Origin: Pristiophorus japonicus
Taxonomy: Eukaryota
Assembly (NCBI RefSeq): GCF_044704955.1
Contig: NC_091995.1
Coordinates: 53,878,001-53,942,000 of the forward strand
Reading direction: 5' to 3'
DNA length: 64,000 bases
Under the pieces are notes generated by a model. The model was given only the letters and a program-made list of their open reading frames with translations. It was not told the DNA's origin and did no database searches. The position numbers were made by a program, and so were the translations under genes. Shown one piece after another: positions 60,574 to 64,000 of the stretch; within the stretch, counting starts at the first letter, position 1; every line of letters begins with the position of its first letter.

Positions 60574-63500
60574 GTATAGTTGCAAAGACTGTCTGACAGT
60601 GGGACATCTCCAGCGCAAGTGTCCACAGATGAGCAAGTGAGCTGCGACACACCACGTGGAGGATGAGAGTCAGACTAGCGCGGATCCGGATACACAATCC
60701 GAGATGCCAGAGGAGGAAGTGTATGGACTGTACTCCTTCATAACCAAGAGTAAACCAATTTTGATTAACGTGAAGTTTAACGGTATACCGGTATCGATGG
60801 AACTGGATATTGGGGCGAGTCAATCGATCAGCAACAAGAGGGCATTTAATAAGCTGTGGGATACTAAGATTGTGAGGCCCAGGCTGAGCCCTGTTAACGC
60901 CAAGCTGCGCATGTACACCAAAGAACTGATAAAGGTGATTGGCAGTGCACAATGTAATGTGTCATATAACGGTGCGGTTCATGAGTTACCGCTGTGGATT
61001 GTTCCAGACAATGGCCCAATGCTGCTCAGCAGGAGCTGGTTGGAGGAAATCAGATGCGACTAGAACAACATAAAGACGTTGTCATCGGAGGGAGATACAT
61101 GTGCCCAAGTGTTGAGCAAGTTCCCCTCGCTGTTCGAACTGGGTATCAGCAACTTCACAGGAGCCAAGGTGCAGATCCACGTGGATTCAGATGCAAGACC
61201 CGTCCACCATAAAGCTCGGGCAGTGCCGTATATGATGAGGGAGAAGGTCGAAATTGAACTTGACAGACTCCAGCATGAAGGGATCATACCACCGGTCGAA
61301 TTTAATGAATGGGCCAGCCCCATTGTTCCTGTGCTGAAAAGTGATGGCACAGTCAAAATCTGTGGAGAAACAAGATCAGTACCCATTACCGAAGGCTGAT
61401 GACTTGTTTGCGATGCTAGCCAGATGGAAGTTTTTCACAAAACTGGACTTGACGTCAGCCTATATGACACAGGAGTTGGTCGAGATGTCAAAGATACTTA
61501 CGTGTATTAACATGCACAAAGGACTGTTTATTTACGACAGGTGCCCTTTCAGAATTCGCTCGGCTGCAGCAATAATCCAGAGGAATTATGGAAAGTCTAC
61601 TGAAGTCCGTTCCCAGAACCGTCGTGTTCCAAGATGACATCCTGATCACCAGTCGTTACTCCAAGGAACATCTGAACAACCTGGAAGAGGTTTTACTGCG
61701 TTTGGACAGAGTGGGACTCAGACTGAAACGCTCGAAGTGCGTCTTCATGGCACCGGAGGTCGAATTCCTCGGGAGGAAAATCGCCGCTGATGGCATCAGA
61801 CCTACTGATGTGAAAACCAAGGCCATCAGGAATGTACCCAAGCCGCAGGATGTGATGGAGCTGCATTCGTTCCTGGGTCTACTCAACTACTTTGGTACCT
61901 TCCTACCTAAATTGAGCACCTTACTAGACCCACTGCACATGCTATTGAGAAAAGGCGACAACTGGGTGTGGGGCGCATCGCAAGACAGAGCTTTCGAGAA
62001 AGCCACCAATCTGCTTTGCTCGAACAAGCTGCTGGTACATTATGACCCATGTAAATGTTTAGCTTTGGCCTGTGACGCATCGTCATATGGAATTGGTTGC
62101 GTACTCCAACAAACAAATGAGTCGGGGAAACTTCAACCTGTCGCATATGCATCCAAAAGTTTGTCTAAAGCAGAAAGAGCCTACAGCATGGTAGAAAAAG
62201 AAGCTTTAGCGTGTGTGTACAGTGTTAAAAAGATGCATCAATACCTGTTCGGTCTGAGGTTCGAAGTAGAGACTGATCACAAGCCGCTCATTTCATTGTT
62301 TGCCGAGAGCAAAGGTATCAATACTAATGCTTCATCCCGCACCTGCCTATAGACATAGACATTATCTGCCTATGATTGTCATTTGCCACAGACCTGGCAC
62401 AGAGAATTGAGCCAATGCTTTGAGCCGGTTGCTGTTGCCTACACCGGAGGTGGAAACACCACAGCCGGCGGATGTAATGTTAATCATGGATGCTTTTGAG
62501 AGTGAAGGAACCCCTGTCACAGCTCAACAAGTTAAGACCTGGACCAGCCAGGACCCGATTTTATTGGTGGTAAAGGGTTGCATCCTCAAAGGGGATTGGT
62601 CTGCCATACCTAAGCAAATGTGCGAGGAGGCCAAACCGTACATTCATTGCAAGGACGAACTGTCTATTCAAGCAGATTGCATATTGTACGGCAATCGCGT
62701 TGTAATGCCCAAGAAAGGGAGAGAGAAGTTTGTGCATGAGTTACACAATACACATCCTGGTATAGTGATGATGAAGGCCATCGCTAGGTCCCATGTATGG
62801 TGGCCAGAAATTGACTCTGAGCTGGAAGCATGCGTGCATCAGTGCAACACTTACATGCAGCTCAGCAAAGCACCAGCGGAATCGCCACTGAGTCTGTGGT
62901 CATGGCCATCCAAACCTTAGTCCAGGATCCATGTAGATTTTGCAGGTCCCTTCCTGGGCAAGATGTTTTTAGTGGTGGTGGACGCTTATTCGAAGTGGAT
63001 AGAATGCATAATCATGTCATCCAGCATGTCCACGGCAACCATAGAGAATCTCAATGTCATGTTCGTGACACGTGGTCTACCTGACAGTGGTGAGCGACAA
63101 TGGGTCGTGCTTCACCAGTCAGGAGTTTCAGGAGTTTGTGAAACTCAATGGCATAAAACATGTAAGGTCAGCACCGTTCAAGCCTGTGTCCAACGGGCAA
63201 GCTGAACGTGCAGTACAAATTATCAAGCAAAGCATGAGGAGAATAAGCCCATTCATCCTGAATGTGGCCCCCCCCCCCATATGTTGAAGCATTAGCTTAA
63301 GAGCGTGATGGCTGTAGCACCGTTAAGTATGCAATAAAGGTTGTCCTGCATACTGCTGAGTTACAGGAGAAGACCCCACACACTCACAGCGGTCTCGCCT
63401 GCTGAACTCATGATGAAAAGAGGTCTTAAGACCAAGCTATCTCTGGTACACCCGGATTTAGGTAATCATGTTGAATACAGAAGACAAAGTCAACAAGGGT

Positions 63501-63730
63501 ACCACGATTGCGCAACTGTCAACCCGGGAGCGCAAAGCACGGGACCATCTCAACCTGTGAAAGACTGTGACAAGATCTCAGAGGGGAGTATTGTCATGTA
63601 TGTACATGCTGTTTGTAGCCACCAGATGGTGTCATTGTTGGAGGCCACTGGTGCTGCTCAGGTATAAAAGGCCAGCCATTTTGAGAGTCAGGTACTTTGG
63701 GCCTAAATAAAGCAGAGCCAAGGTTGTACT
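60574..63730 (+). mobile_element. 5'-truncated Gypsy element (gag end, PR, RT, RH, IN, PPT, partial 3' LTR), same family as 40773-43804
   Basis: ORFs 60656-61063, 61079-61399, 61588-62352 and 62420-63287 closely match the intronic copy where they overlap. PPT AGAGGGGAG; LTR begins TGTCATGTATGTAC at 63592. Confidence 0.93.
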
Positions 63731-64000
63731 TTTATTGAATACATAACAGTGCTACAGCCATCAGGCACTTAAGCTAATGCTTCAGCATATGGGTGGGGGG
63801 GTCACGTTCAGGATGAATGGGCTTCAGGGCCAGTGGACATGGATGAGACCACGTGGCATTTCAACAGGTTCGAGGTCTACTAGAACATTATCCACTTTCA
63901 GACTGGGTGCAGGGTAAATCAGTGTATCTCCAGTGAGACAATATTACGGTATGTAAACAAACGGGTAAGACCCACTCCCGAGTCCCTCTGTCAAGATGAC

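Overview
Eukaryotic vertebrate DNA, very probably from a cartilaginous fish (shark), inferred from the repeat landscape (CR1 LINEs, a Deu-domain tRNA-SINE, Gypsy LTR elements, Harbinger remnants, Penelope-type hairpins) and the one host gene found. That gene is a spliced, apparently intact MHC class I-like heavy chain on the minus strand. Its exons are leader 48582-48531, alpha1 45526-45266, alpha2 39778-39503, alpha3 39396-39118 and TM 33253-33140, all joined by phase-1 GT-AG introns. Upstream lies a complete ISRE + S-X-Y + CCAAT + TATA promoter. The protein is non-classical: it lacks both cysteines of the alpha2 disulfide and several peptide-anchor residues. No cytoplasmic exon is visible. 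Downstream of the TM exon lie an ~83-bp minisatellite, retroelement debris and a >25.6-kb 37-bp satellite with multi-kb higher-order duplications that runs off the left edge. The huge ORFs in the ORF track are by-products of these tandem repeats. The rest of the window is mostly nested transposable elements. TE fragment boundaries and MHC residue numbering were assigned by eye.
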